Assembly (NCBI GenBank): GCA_024679065.1
Contig: JAGIQG010000009.1
Location: forward strand, 91,636,001 to 91,700,000
DNA length: 64,000 nucleotides
Direction of reading: 5' to 3'
From: Sphyrna mokarran
Lineage: Eukaryota
The notes under the pieces are model-generated. The model did no database searches. It was not told the origin of the DNA and saw only the letters and a program-made list of their open reading frames with translations. This document shows, piece after piece, positions 11,367-23,300 of the stretch (position 1 is its first letter; every line of letters starts with the position of its first letter). The position numbers and the translations under genes are program-made.

Positions 11367-14300
11367 CTGCAGAAGTGAAATAAATGTCAGTTAGAATGGG
11401 GAATAATCCATTCTCAGAGAGTGAGAACACAACAAGTGTGAGGGAATGGAGATTGTGTGAGAAATACTCATTCTCACACTCCCCTCCATCCTTACACTTT
11501 ATGGAGATCCTGTAGATCTCTTCCATTCCATCCATATTCAGTAGGTGAGGATGTGATTGTGTGCGGTGGCTTTAATGATCAATATTATACCTGGTCTGGG
11601 CTGTTCACACAAAGGAAAATCAGGCAGGGAACAAGATGTGTTTATACGTGTGTATCTGTGGATGGGAATTAAATCAGTTCATTCAACACAGTGTCCTGTA
11701 TTCCCAGTACTGGAGATTCCCCATACTCACTCTGTCCCCTCTGATTCTTACCTCTCCGCTGTCTTTTCCAGATGATTATTCCGAATATAACAACCAGTGC
11801 TGAGATCACTGATCCGATTATAATTCCAATATGGGACCATTCTCCACTGTTTCCCGGTATTTCTGAAACACATTTGAATAATATGAGGATTGTCTGTGTT
11901 CCCGGATCCATTCCCAATTCTATGTTCATTGGGGACAATTTGAACTGAAACCACCCCAGTCCAAATGGGATTGGTTGAAGCTTTGCTTTTACACTGGCCC
12001 CGTGGTGGATAAGGGAGTGTCTATGGATCTGCTCTGGATGGACTTCCAGAAGGTCATTGATAAAGTTCCACACAAGAGATTCTTGACAATAATCAGAGTG
12101 TTTGGAATTGAAGGGAATCTTTGTCAGGGGTGAAAATTGGTTGGCAGGAGAGAGACAGGGAATGGCGAGAATGGGAATGTGCTCCCATACAAACACATGC
12201 ACATATCCAGTACAGTTCCTTACCCCACTGATGGAGCTTGGGCTCTGCCAGGCTGCTGTGTTCAATTTGACAGGAGTATTGATCCTCATCCCCAGCATTT
12301 ATTTCAATCTCTTTCTGGATCTGATGGGTTCCATCGTGGCTTGGTCGAATCCCTGAGGATAGTGTCTCAGACATTACCTCTCCGTTCCTTAACCAGTTCA
12401 CCTCGATGTCTGCAGGATAAAAGCCAGTAACCAGGCAGAAGAGAGTGAGGAGCTTGTACTGACTATTGGGCTCACTTCTGGAGATGAACACTTCAGGCTG
12501 TACTGTAATGGGAAAGGGTGAAAACACAAACAATAAACCCACACTGAATGGAATGGGGGAACGGTTTGATAAATCAGTGAAGTTAGAGCAGAACATGGGC
12601 TCAGAACTGAAATCAGTACCTTTCCGTTCAAAATATTCCTTTCCAGCTTCCAAACATTCCTTCAAATGTCGAACAAATTCTCCCTGCAGATATTTTTCCC
12701 AGTAATTATTCCAGGATTGATCGGAATCCCATTTCTCTTTAGTCTTCACTGCGAAGTGATTGGATGCGACCCATCTCATTCTGTCTGGCTCTAAACTAAT
12801 ATAGTCCTTTCCATCGAATCCAAACCGCATCGATCTCTTAATGGAGCCGTCTTCAGTGACCTCGACAGACTGAATCCATTGGAAAATATGGATTCCTGTC
12901 AGAGAGCAAATGCTGATCAATATTCAGTGAACTGGAGGATTAGAAATATTGCTTTGTTAATCAATAAAGTGGAGAAATGATCTTTGTGATAGAATTGTCA
13001 GCAAAACTGAAATCCCTGGAATAAAATAAGCAGCATCAGAATGTAAACAAACTTGCCGAATGGATCGGAAACAGAGTGGCCAGGATTCTCCCAAAATAAT
13101 TCAACTGTCAAATTCGTTTGAAACCTGGAGTAAATCACGTTTGTTTTTACAGCGGGAGTTTCAAAATGAATCTCCCACAATCTGTACATTGCAGAGAGCA
13201 CGAGCAGGTTTCACACTGAAAAGCTGTCGGTGGGGCCTATTCCCGCTGGAGAGACTGACAGCAAAGTGCTGAGTGGGCCACTGCACATGTGCCAATCAGT
13301 CAGATTGGTGCATGCTCTGTCGCCCCTGTCTACCGGCCTCCCAATTTCCGGCTGGCTCGATCGCTGGTCAGTTCTGCAATTCCCACAACATTAGCCCCCC
13401 ACACAGCCCGATCTCTGGTCCCCTGAACATTCACGCACCATCTCCCATCCCTCCTGCCCTTCCAGCCCGCCCTAATCTCCAGTACCCTCTGATCCCACAT
13501 GCTCTTGACAATTACCCCTTCCCACAGTGCCAACCATTCCACACTCCGTAGTGCCAGCTCGCCCTCCCCCGTGTAAGGCAGCCCCACTACCCCCCACCCC
13601 CAGCGCGCTGACCCCACACCTACCCCGATGGCCAGCCCTGATCGTTGGCCTTCCTCCTTCCCCCATGATCCTCCATGGTGGCACAGTGGACAGTGAAGAA
13701 AGTTATCTCCAATTCGAATGGGATCTTGATCAATTGGGCCAGAGGGCTGACGAATGACAGATGGAGTTTAACTTAGGCAAATGTGAGGTGATGCATTTGA
13801 CCTCAACAGATCAAATCCACTGAAGAATGTGACTTCCTTCAGAAACTAAATAGGGATCAATAATCAATAGACAATCTTTTCAGTGGAGAAAGGGAATTTA
13901 GTCTGAGATAGAAATGGATGGAATCTTCCTCTGCCTTTAGAAATAAGAAGCTCAGCAGTGAGGTTACTAAATTAGATGGAGCCGGTGCTGGGAGACTGAG
14001 TTCAGTGTCCCAGGGGTCAGTGCTGGTGGGACTGAGTTCAGTGGCCCAGGGGTCAGTGCTGGGGGATGGACTGAGTTCAGTGTCCCAGGGGTCAGTGCGA
14101 GGGGACTGAGTTCAGTGTCCCAGGGGTCAGTGTTGGGGGACTGAGTTCAGTGGCCAGGGGTCAGTGCTGGGGGACTGAGTTCAGTGTTCCAGGGGTCAGT
14201 GCTGGGGGACTGAGTTCAGTGGCCCAGGGGTCAGTGCTGGGGGCTAAGTTCAGTGTCCCAGGGGTCAGTGCTGGTAGGACTGAGTTCAGTGGCCATGGGT

Positions 14301-17300
14301 CAGTGCTGGGGGACTGAGTTCAGTGTCCCAGGGGTCAGTGCGAGGGGACTGAGTTCAGTGTCCAGGGTCAGTGCTGGGGGACTGAGTTCAGTGGCCCAGG
14401 GGTCAGTGCTGGTAGGACTGAGTTCAGTGCCCAGAGGTCAGTGCTGGGGGACTGAGTTCAGTGGCCCAGGGGTCAGTGCGGGGGACTGAGTTCAGTGGCC
14501 AGGGGTCAGTGCTGGTAGGACTGAGTTCAGTGGCCCATGGGTCAGTGCTGGGGACTGAGTTCAGTGCCCAGGGGTCAGTGCTGGTAGGACTGAGTTCAGT
14601 GGCCCAGGGGTCAGTGCTGGGGGACTGAGTTCAGTGTCCCGGGGTCAGTGCTGGGGGACTGAGTTCAGTGGCCCAGGGGTCAGTGCTGGGGGACTGAGTT
14701 CAGTGGCCCAGGGGTCAGTGCTGGGGGACTGAGTTCAGTGGCCCAGGGGTCAGTGTTGGGGGACTGAGTTCAGTGTAAGGTTGTACATCAATACGCTGAT
14801 TCTCTCTGCCTGTTCTTACCGGATGTCTGGTTTGTGATCTTCAGCACTGTATTTAGATTCTCCTTTGCCGTGTCTGACCGTGAGTTCACCAGTTCTGTGA
14901 TATAATCCCAGAATTCAGATGTGATATTTTCAGCCATGAACCTCTGCCTGGGAATGCAGCGACGGATATTAGTGTCATGATATCGTACTTGGACACCATT
15001 GACCACTCCAATGCTTGTGACCTCAGGAAAATCTTCTATCCCAGAGACAACAGTGTATAACACTGTGAGTGTGTTAGTGTCTGTAAATGAAAGAGTTCAT
15101 AGGATTGGTTAATAAACACCGTCTGATCATTAGAACAGTCTCGCTGGACTTCAACATTCCTTCTCCCTCCCCACCCTGTCCCCAATCACTACCCCTACAG
15201 AGCCTCCCAAACACAATCCTTACTCCTGATCAACACCCCCTCTCCGAATCACTATCCTCTCTCCGATCACCAATTGTATCCCTTCCCCCTGATTACCCCA
15301 TTCCTTCCCTCAATTATCACCCCTTACCCTGATCACCACTTCCCTCACCAATCACCAACCCCCCCATCTGATCACCATCCTCTCTCCCATTACCACCCCC
15401 TCCCCGATTATCACCCCTTACTCCGATCACTACCCCCTCCGCCAATCACCAATCACAACCCCCTCCCCTAATCACCAACCCCTACACCCGATCACCATCC
15501 TCTTCCCGATTACCACCCTCCTTCTTAATTACCACCCACTCCCCAATCACCATCCCCTCCACCTCCTCCCAGTCACCACACCCTTTCACCCCGATCACCC
15601 CCCTTCCCAATCAACACCCCCTCAATCCACCCCCTCCTCTCAATCATCATCAGAGCCATTCCTCCTGAACACCACCCCAAATAGGCAGTGACATGGTCTG
15701 GAAGGCTGTGTAAGTGGTCGTCAGGCAGGAAGGGTCAGTGTCCATCCCATCCTGATATCGGTCCCGTCTGTTGCCCCTGCAATGTCGAGCCACCCGCCTG
15801 ACACTCTGCAGCCTCCCAGCACCCGGCCTCCAAGGATATTCCTCCAAACCCTCAGTCACCCCCACTCACAACCACAGACTGCCGAGGCACAGCCCTGATA
15901 AACCCACCCTATCACCTCACCCCCTACACCCTGTATCCTTCCAGCCATCAGATTTTCAATCCCTCCTTTATCCCCAAAGGATAAAGTGACCCATAAACAC
16001 CAGGATCATGTCAAGACTGCAGGTGGGGTTGCCGAGCTGCATCTCCTCACTATCTTTGAGGAGCACTATGGGGCTAGCAGGGAAGGGTGAGGAGGGAACG
16101 GTCACTGACAGCCAGGTCAGGGTTCATCATGGAAATGAGCATTTCCAAGACCCTCATTCAAATGACTCATTCCAGGTAAGTGGCATACTGCCCAGACACT
16201 TGTCCCTTTCTACTTTCCTTGTATTCTAATAGAATGCAAGGAAATTGGAAAGGAACTTCATCAAGGAATAAGGGGGGGCTAAAAGGGGTCACGCAAAAGC
16301 ACTGGCCAGCAGGATTAAGGAAAATCCCAAGGCTTTTCATACATATGTAAAGAGCAAGAGGTTAGCCAGGGAGAGGGTTGGCCCACTCAAGGACAAGGGA
16401 GGAAATGTATGTGTGGAGCCAGAGGAAATGGATGAGATATTAAATGAATACTTTGCATGAGTTTTCAACAAAGAGAATGACTTGGGGGATGATGAATCTG
16501 GGAAAGGATGTGTAGAAAATTTGAGTCATGTTGAGATCAAAAAGGAGGAGCTATTGGTTCTTGAGCGATATTAAGGTAGACAAGTCCCGAGGGCCTGATG
16601 GGATATACCCCAGAATACAGAGAGAGGCAAGGGAGGAAATTGCTGGGGCCTTGCGAGAAATCGTTGTATCCTCACCAGTTCCCCCCTCCCATCCTCCCTC
16701 ACTGGCTCCACACATACACAAAGGATTGGAGAATTGCCAATGTCGCTCCTTTGTTTAAGAAGGGTAGCAAGAATAATCCAGGTTATTACAGGCTGGATCA
16801 TCAGTGGCAGGGAAATTATTGGAGAGGATTCTTTGAGACAGGATTTATATCCACTTGGAAATAAGTAGACATATTAATGAGAGGCAACATGGTTTTGTGA
16901 AGGGGAGGTCATGTCTCACAAACTTGATTGAGTTTTTCAAGGAAGTGATGAAGATGATTGATGATATTGTAGCAAGAATAATCCAGGTTATTACAGGCTG
17001 GATCATCAGTGGCAGGGAAATTATTGGAGAGGATTCTTTGAGACAGGATTTATATCCACTTGGAAATAAGTAGACATATTAATGAGAGGCAACATGGTTT
17101 TGTGAAGGGGAGGTCATGTCTCACAAACTTGATTGAGTTTTTCAAGGAAGTGATGAAGATGATTGATGAGGGTAGGGCAGTGGATGTTGTCTACATGGAC
17201 TTCAGTAAGGCCCTTGACAGGATCTCACATGGCAGATTGGTGCAGAAGGTGAAGTCACATGGGATCAGAGATGAACTGGCAAGATGGATACAAAACTGGT

Positions 17301-20300
17301 TTGGTCAAAAACAGAGGGTAACAGTGGAAGGATGTGTTTCTGAATGGAGGGCTGTGACAAGTGCTGTTCCTCAGGGATCAGTGCTGGGATCTTTGCTGTT
17401 TGTAATATATATAAATGATTTGGAGGAAAAAGTAACTGGTTTGATTAGAAAGATTGCAGACGACATAAAGGTTGGTGGTTTTGAGGATAGTGATGAGGAA
17501 CATCAAAGGATACAGCAGGATATAGATCAGTTGGAGAATTGCACGGAGAAAAGGCAGATGGATTTTAATCTGGATAAATGTGAGGTAATACATTTTGGAA
17601 GGTCTAATACAGATAGGAAATATACAGTCAATGGCAGAACCTTTAAGAGTATTGACAGGCAAAGGGATCTGAATGTACAGGTACACAGGTCACTCACTGA
17701 AAGTGACAATAGAGATAGAGAAGGTGGTCAGGAAAGCAAATGATATGCTTGCCTTCACCGGACGTAGTATTGAGTTTAAAAACTTGCAAGTCATGTTGAC
17801 TATTTATAGAATCTTAGTTAGGCCGCACTTCAAATATAGTGTTCAATTCTGGTCACCACATTACCAGCAGGATGTGGAAGCTTTGGAGAGAGTACAGAAA
17901 AAATATACCAGGACGTTTCCAGATATAGAGGGCATTAGCTATGAGGGGAGATCGAGAAACTTGGTTTGTTCTCACTGGAACGACAGAGATTGAGGGGTGA
18001 CTTGATAGAAATGTACAAGATAATGAGAGGCATGGACTGAGTGGATAGTCAGAAGCTTTTTCCCAGGATGGAAGAGTCAATTACTAGAGGGCACAGGTTT
18101 AAGATGCAAGAGTTTAAAGGAAATGTATGAGGCAGATTTTTTTTTTTTACACACAGAGAGTAGTGGGAGCCTGGAACGTGTTGCTGGGGGAGGTAGTGGA
18201 AGGAGATATGTAGTAACTTTTAAGGGGCGTCTTGACAAGTATACGAATAGGATGGAAATAGAGGGATATGGTGTCGGAAACATAAGGGGTTTTAGTTCAG
18301 TCGGGCAGAATGATCAGTGCAGGCTTGGAGGGGCGAAGGGCCTGTTCCTATGCTCTAATTTTCTTTGTTCTCTTGACTGAACCTTGTGTTATCTGTTACA
18401 GGAAATGATCCAGATGCATTAAACCCTCCCACTCCGCTCCTCCTAAGATGCACAATGGCAGCTGGAAGAAAACCTCGGAGGAAGGCCCTGAGAAAATCGC
18501 CAAGCTCAGCATTTGTCAATTGACACCAGCTTCCACCACACAATCCACCAGCGCAGATACGATCAGCTCAGTGGGACAAGTTAGTGCTGAGGCTTCTGGG
18601 TCACTTACTGGTGGGGCACCACACAGTCTTTAATGTACATCGGGTGAAGGTGGGAATGTCGACGGTTCGGGCACACGGAGTTCTTCCAGAGCTAAGGATG
18701 CATCTGGCCCCAAGCCAAGTGCTAGGCCTCTGGGATCGGTCATCCCAAAACTGCTGGAGCTCCATCAGCAGCAACGGTGGAGGGACTGTCAGCAACACTG
18801 CATCAACTGTGAGGCTTTTGGAGGAATCTAACAGATTTCTGTCATAGGAGGTGGTACCGGTACAGTGTGGTACTCAGACTAACACTGCAAGGGTCGCATC
18901 CACAGTGGAAAGCCTGGGGTAAGGATTGGTCACCATGGTTGACAGGGTGCAGACCATCCTGGAGACACAGCCATGGCTGCGAGCCTCAACCTTGATCCAT
19001 TCTCAGGGGGCATCGCTGAGGGCTTGTACACCATGGGGCAGATGTAGTTGGGGATTCCAGGACTGACAGAGCCAGGTGATGCTGAGGCTTTTGGAGATGG
19101 CTCCAGCTGGCCCACCGTCCCATGGAGTATCCCCGGTACATATGGGCACACAGAGAGGAGGGAGGTTTGGAGCCCATGCTGGGGCCTTCCAGTCAGGAGA
19201 CATCGGACACTAGACCTTCTGATTGCATCTCCCACCCTTTCCTGACACTGGAGCATCTCACGGGCAGTGGGGTGAACAGGGTGGTATGGCTACACTAGTG
19301 TCATATGCAAGTCAGCCAGACACCTCCAGGTCTCAGCCTGCCCAGGGGTCTCCCACCAAGGGGATCACAGGCCACGGGGTGTGGAATGCAGTAGGATGTC
19401 TCCCCATCCAATGTGCATCCTGAGGAGTTACCCCGGTGCAGTAAAAGACCTTGTAAAATTCAGAAGTTCCAGTGTCATCAGGAGGGCGGAAGATAAGATT
19501 TGCTCTAGTCAGAAAAAGTTCACTCGACACTGTTTAGAATGACATACCCCTGTTATAGAACATAGAACATTACAGCGCAGAACAGGCCCTTCGATGCTGC
19601 GCCGACCAATTATGAAAAAAAAAGCAATGACCCTCCAAACTAAACCATTCCCTTCTCTTCCATAAACTTATCAACTTACTTCTTAAACGCCACCAAACTT
19701 GGCGCATCTACAACTGCCGCAGGCAGGGCATTCCACTCCCTAACCACCCTCTGGGTAAAGAGCCTACCTCTGATATCCGTCCTATAACTACCACCCCTTA
19801 ATTTAAAGCTGTGCCCCCTCGTGCTAGATTTCTCCATCCTAGGAAAAAGGCTATCACTGTCCACCCTATCTAAACCTCTAATCATCTTATATGTTTCAAT
19901 AAGATCCCCTCTTACCCACCTCCTTTCTAATGAAAACAACCTCAAATCCCTCAGCCTCTCCTCATAAGACCTGCCCTCCATACCAGGCAACATCCTGGTA
20001 AACCTCCTCTGTACCTCTCCAATGCCTCCACATCTTTCTTATAATGTGGGGACCAGAACTGCACACAATACTCCAAGTGCGGCCGCACTAGAGTTTTGTA
20101 CAGTTGCAACATGACATTGCGGCTCCGAAATTCAAACCCCCTACCACAATTATATCGCACAATTAAATATCATTCCTTCATGTTATTTGTACTGTTAGTT
20201 GCACCAAGAAATATTATTGCACCCCCAGCTGTGGCTAATCTTTCTGTGATTCCTGCCCTACAGGGATGACCGTATCCTGACCGCACACAAGGAGGGGCAG

Positions 20301-23300
20301 AACGTCATGCTGACGTTCTTTGGCCAGTAGGCACACTCAGCCTGCCCTGGTATCTCCAGCACCCACCGCACCCTGTGGCAAACTGCCCCCCTCTGCACCC
20401 ACAGGGTTTTGTTCCCCCCTGAACCCCACACAGCCCACTGACGGCACGTTTATATCCGAGACCCACACTCATCCGTGTGCCCAGGTGCCAGTATAAATAG
20501 AGAGGGCAGGTAGGATTCAGATGTGTGTGGCACCAGGGCAGCATCACAGCGCGCTGCAGAGTGAGTCATCATCACCCTCCTGCCTGGACCAAGGACTCAC
20601 GAGCATGCCCAGCCCACTCCCATCACCCTGGTGTGATGTCATTTGGATCCTTGTCCCCCACCAGCCATACCGGCAGCCTGAGCTGGTCCTCAAAGAGCCC
20701 CGGGAATGTCCGAACTCCAGAGGATGTACCTGTTGTACACACACTCCCTGGGTGTTGTACACACACGTACATGATATTCAGCCTGTGGTCACGGACAATC
20801 TGCACATTCAGGAAGTGGAACCCCTCCCTATTGATGAAGTGCAGTCCCTGATCATGTGGGATCCACTGGATAATGTGAATGCCATCTCCAGCCCTCTGCA
20901 CATGGGGCAGTGCTGTGATGGTGGTGAAACCTATAGTCCTTGCTTCCTGTTGGGCCTGATCCATGTTGAAGTGGATGTAATTGGCTGGATTCCTGGGAGG
21001 ATCTGGTGGTGTAGAAGTTGAGGGCACCGTGACCTTCACTGCCACCGGGAGCGGGTGCCTCGAGTTCCCAGGTCTGAGGAGCTGAAACAGGTGCCACACT
21101 GTCTCCTTACTGAGACGGAGCCTGCAGCATCATGTGGCTTCCATCATCCCTGCAAAGCATCTACAAGTCCAGTACACTCTGAGCCTCCACCTCCTCCTTC
21201 CCCTGCCCCCCTCCCCTGTGGCAGGATGTACTGCCATGTCCTGGCCCTGACCGGCAGCCCCCTGCCCTCCTGCTGTGGCTTCTGCCTTCTGGCCACGCAG
21301 GGAGGGAAGAGGAATGGGTTTGCCAGGCTACCCACTGCGGACCCTTGAGGCTTGGTTATGGGTGCTATCACTGCAGTACCGTCCTGGTACATGTTGCATT
21401 TCAGACAGTCGGGACAGGGGCAGCCTCGTGAATATCACAGGATGGGTTCCCATTGCAGACAGCAGTGCAGAGTCCAGGCAGTGTGAAGAACCATGTTAAC
21501 AACTGCACAGTTCCTGTGCTTGGAGCAGCAGCTGACAGAGCTGCTGTCTGTTACTGTTAGTCGGCCCTGGGATACAAGGTCTGGAGTCAGCCGCAGTGCC
21601 TGTCCAGCAGACAGACAGCAAAACAAACAGGTCAATATTTGTGGGTTAGAACATAGAACATAGAACATTACAGCACAGGACAGGCCCTTCGGCCTTCGAT
21701 GTTGTGCCGACCAAAATAAAAAGCAATGCCCCTCCAAACTAAACCATTCCCTTCTCTTCCATATACTTATCAACTAACCTCTTAACGCCACCAAACTTGG
21801 CGCATCTACAACTGCTGCAGGCAGGGCATTCCACTCCCGAACCACCCTTCGGGTAAAGGACCTACCTCTGATATCCGTCCTATAACTATCACCCCTTAAT
21901 TTAAAGCTGTGTCCCCTCGTGCTAGCTTTCTCCATCCTAGGAAAAAGGCTATCACTGTCCACCCTATCTAAACCTCTAATCATCTTACATGCTTCAATAA
22001 GATCCCCTCTTAGCCGCCTCCTTTCTAACGAAAACAACCTCAAATCCTTCAACCTCTCTTCATAGGACCTAGGTTGGTGATGAACATTATGTGACACCTT
22101 TCGGGGGTCTCTGTGTAGCCAGGGGAAATGTGTGCACCATGAACCTGCTGCAAATGGTGACTCCCAGCACTGGTCCCCCCGGGGGAGGAGGTGGTGAAGT
22201 GGACTTGTCCTGAGACTGAGGGAAATAATTTAGCACCTGGGTTCGAATCCCACCATGGCAAATGGTGAAATTCAAATTCAATAGAAGTCCGGAATTAAAA
22301 ATCTAATGGTGACCAGAAACTGTTATCTATTGTCACAAATACCCATCTGGCTCACTAATGTCCTTTAGGGAAGAAAATCTGCCATCCTTACCTGGTCTGG
22401 TCTACACGTGACTCCAGACCCACAGCAATGTGGTTGAGTCTTAAATGCTCTCAGGAATGGGTAATAAATGTTGGCCCAGCCAGTGACACCCACATTCCAG
22501 GAACAAATAAAAAAGCCCCCCACCCCACCCCAGAAACATTGCAGCCCCTGAGTATCCGGTGCCCCTTTCCCCTGAACTCCAGGGGAGTCACCAGTGATTC
22601 CTAGTTTGGAAAAGTCTAGGAATCACCAGGCAGGAATATTCCGATTTAAATTTCACTCCCAGCTGTGGCTGCCTGGAAACACTCTCACCTCTGACTCAGT
22701 ATGTTCTGGATTGAAGCTCCCATTCCAGAGACTGGGCTGCACACACAGTGTATTACTGACAGAATGCTGCACTGTCAGAGGATCAGTCCTGAGGGAGAAC
22801 TTTCCTCACAGATTAATGGAATAGATCCCAGGACAAAGCAGGATGATCAGAAACTGGATCAATACTAATCCCTGAGACAACATCATCCATGTAGATTGTC
22901 TAATCAGAGTTTCCTGCACCATAACAGTGAGGACACTAGAAAAGGTATTTCATTGTCTGGAAAGAGCTTTGGTGCATCCTGGTGTTGTGAAGTCTTTCTG
23001 TATCTGCTTTCTCTCTCACACCTTTTGTCAAAACACATAGTCAATTTTGGAATCTAACATCACTGCTCCCAAATCAAAGTAAGGATTTTAATTTATTAAG
23101 AACATAAGAACCAGGAGCAGGAGTCGGCCATCTGGACCCTCAAACCTGCTCCACCATTCAATAAGATCATGGCCGATCTTCTTGTAGACTCAGCTCCACT
23201 TACCCGCCCACTCACTGTAACCCTTAATTCCTTTACTGTTCAAAAATGTATTTATCCTTGCCTTAAAAACATTCAGTGAGGTAGCCTCGACTACTTCACT

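Larger units (their letters stand above)
15670..21645. mobile_element. PIF/Harbinger DNA transposon fossil with convergent Myb/SANT-like (+) and DDE transposase (-) genes, interrupted by CR1s
   Basis: Plus strand: ..[28 protein letters not shown].. exon with a gtaagt donor near 16175. Minus strand: [52 protein letters not shown]. Ends not resolved. Confidence 0.75.

Noticed and set aside
11669-12298. 209-aa ORF and the thrice-repeated 70-aa ORF as separate genes
   Set aside because: They are read-throughs of intron sequence into the TM and cytoplasmic exons.
13985-14775. CRISPR-like array or CR1 coding region (SQGSVLG repeats)
   Set aside because: Head-to-tail 35-bp units with no unique spacers in eukaryotic DNA; the period is not a multiple of 3.
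20560-21500. Domesticated host gene HARBI1
   Set aside because: Frameshifted, internally deleted, catalytic motifs degenerate, and paired with a Myb-like partner as in a transposon.
22230-22255. tRNA gene (GGTTCGAATCC)
   Set aside because: B box of a SINE head; no cloverleaf.
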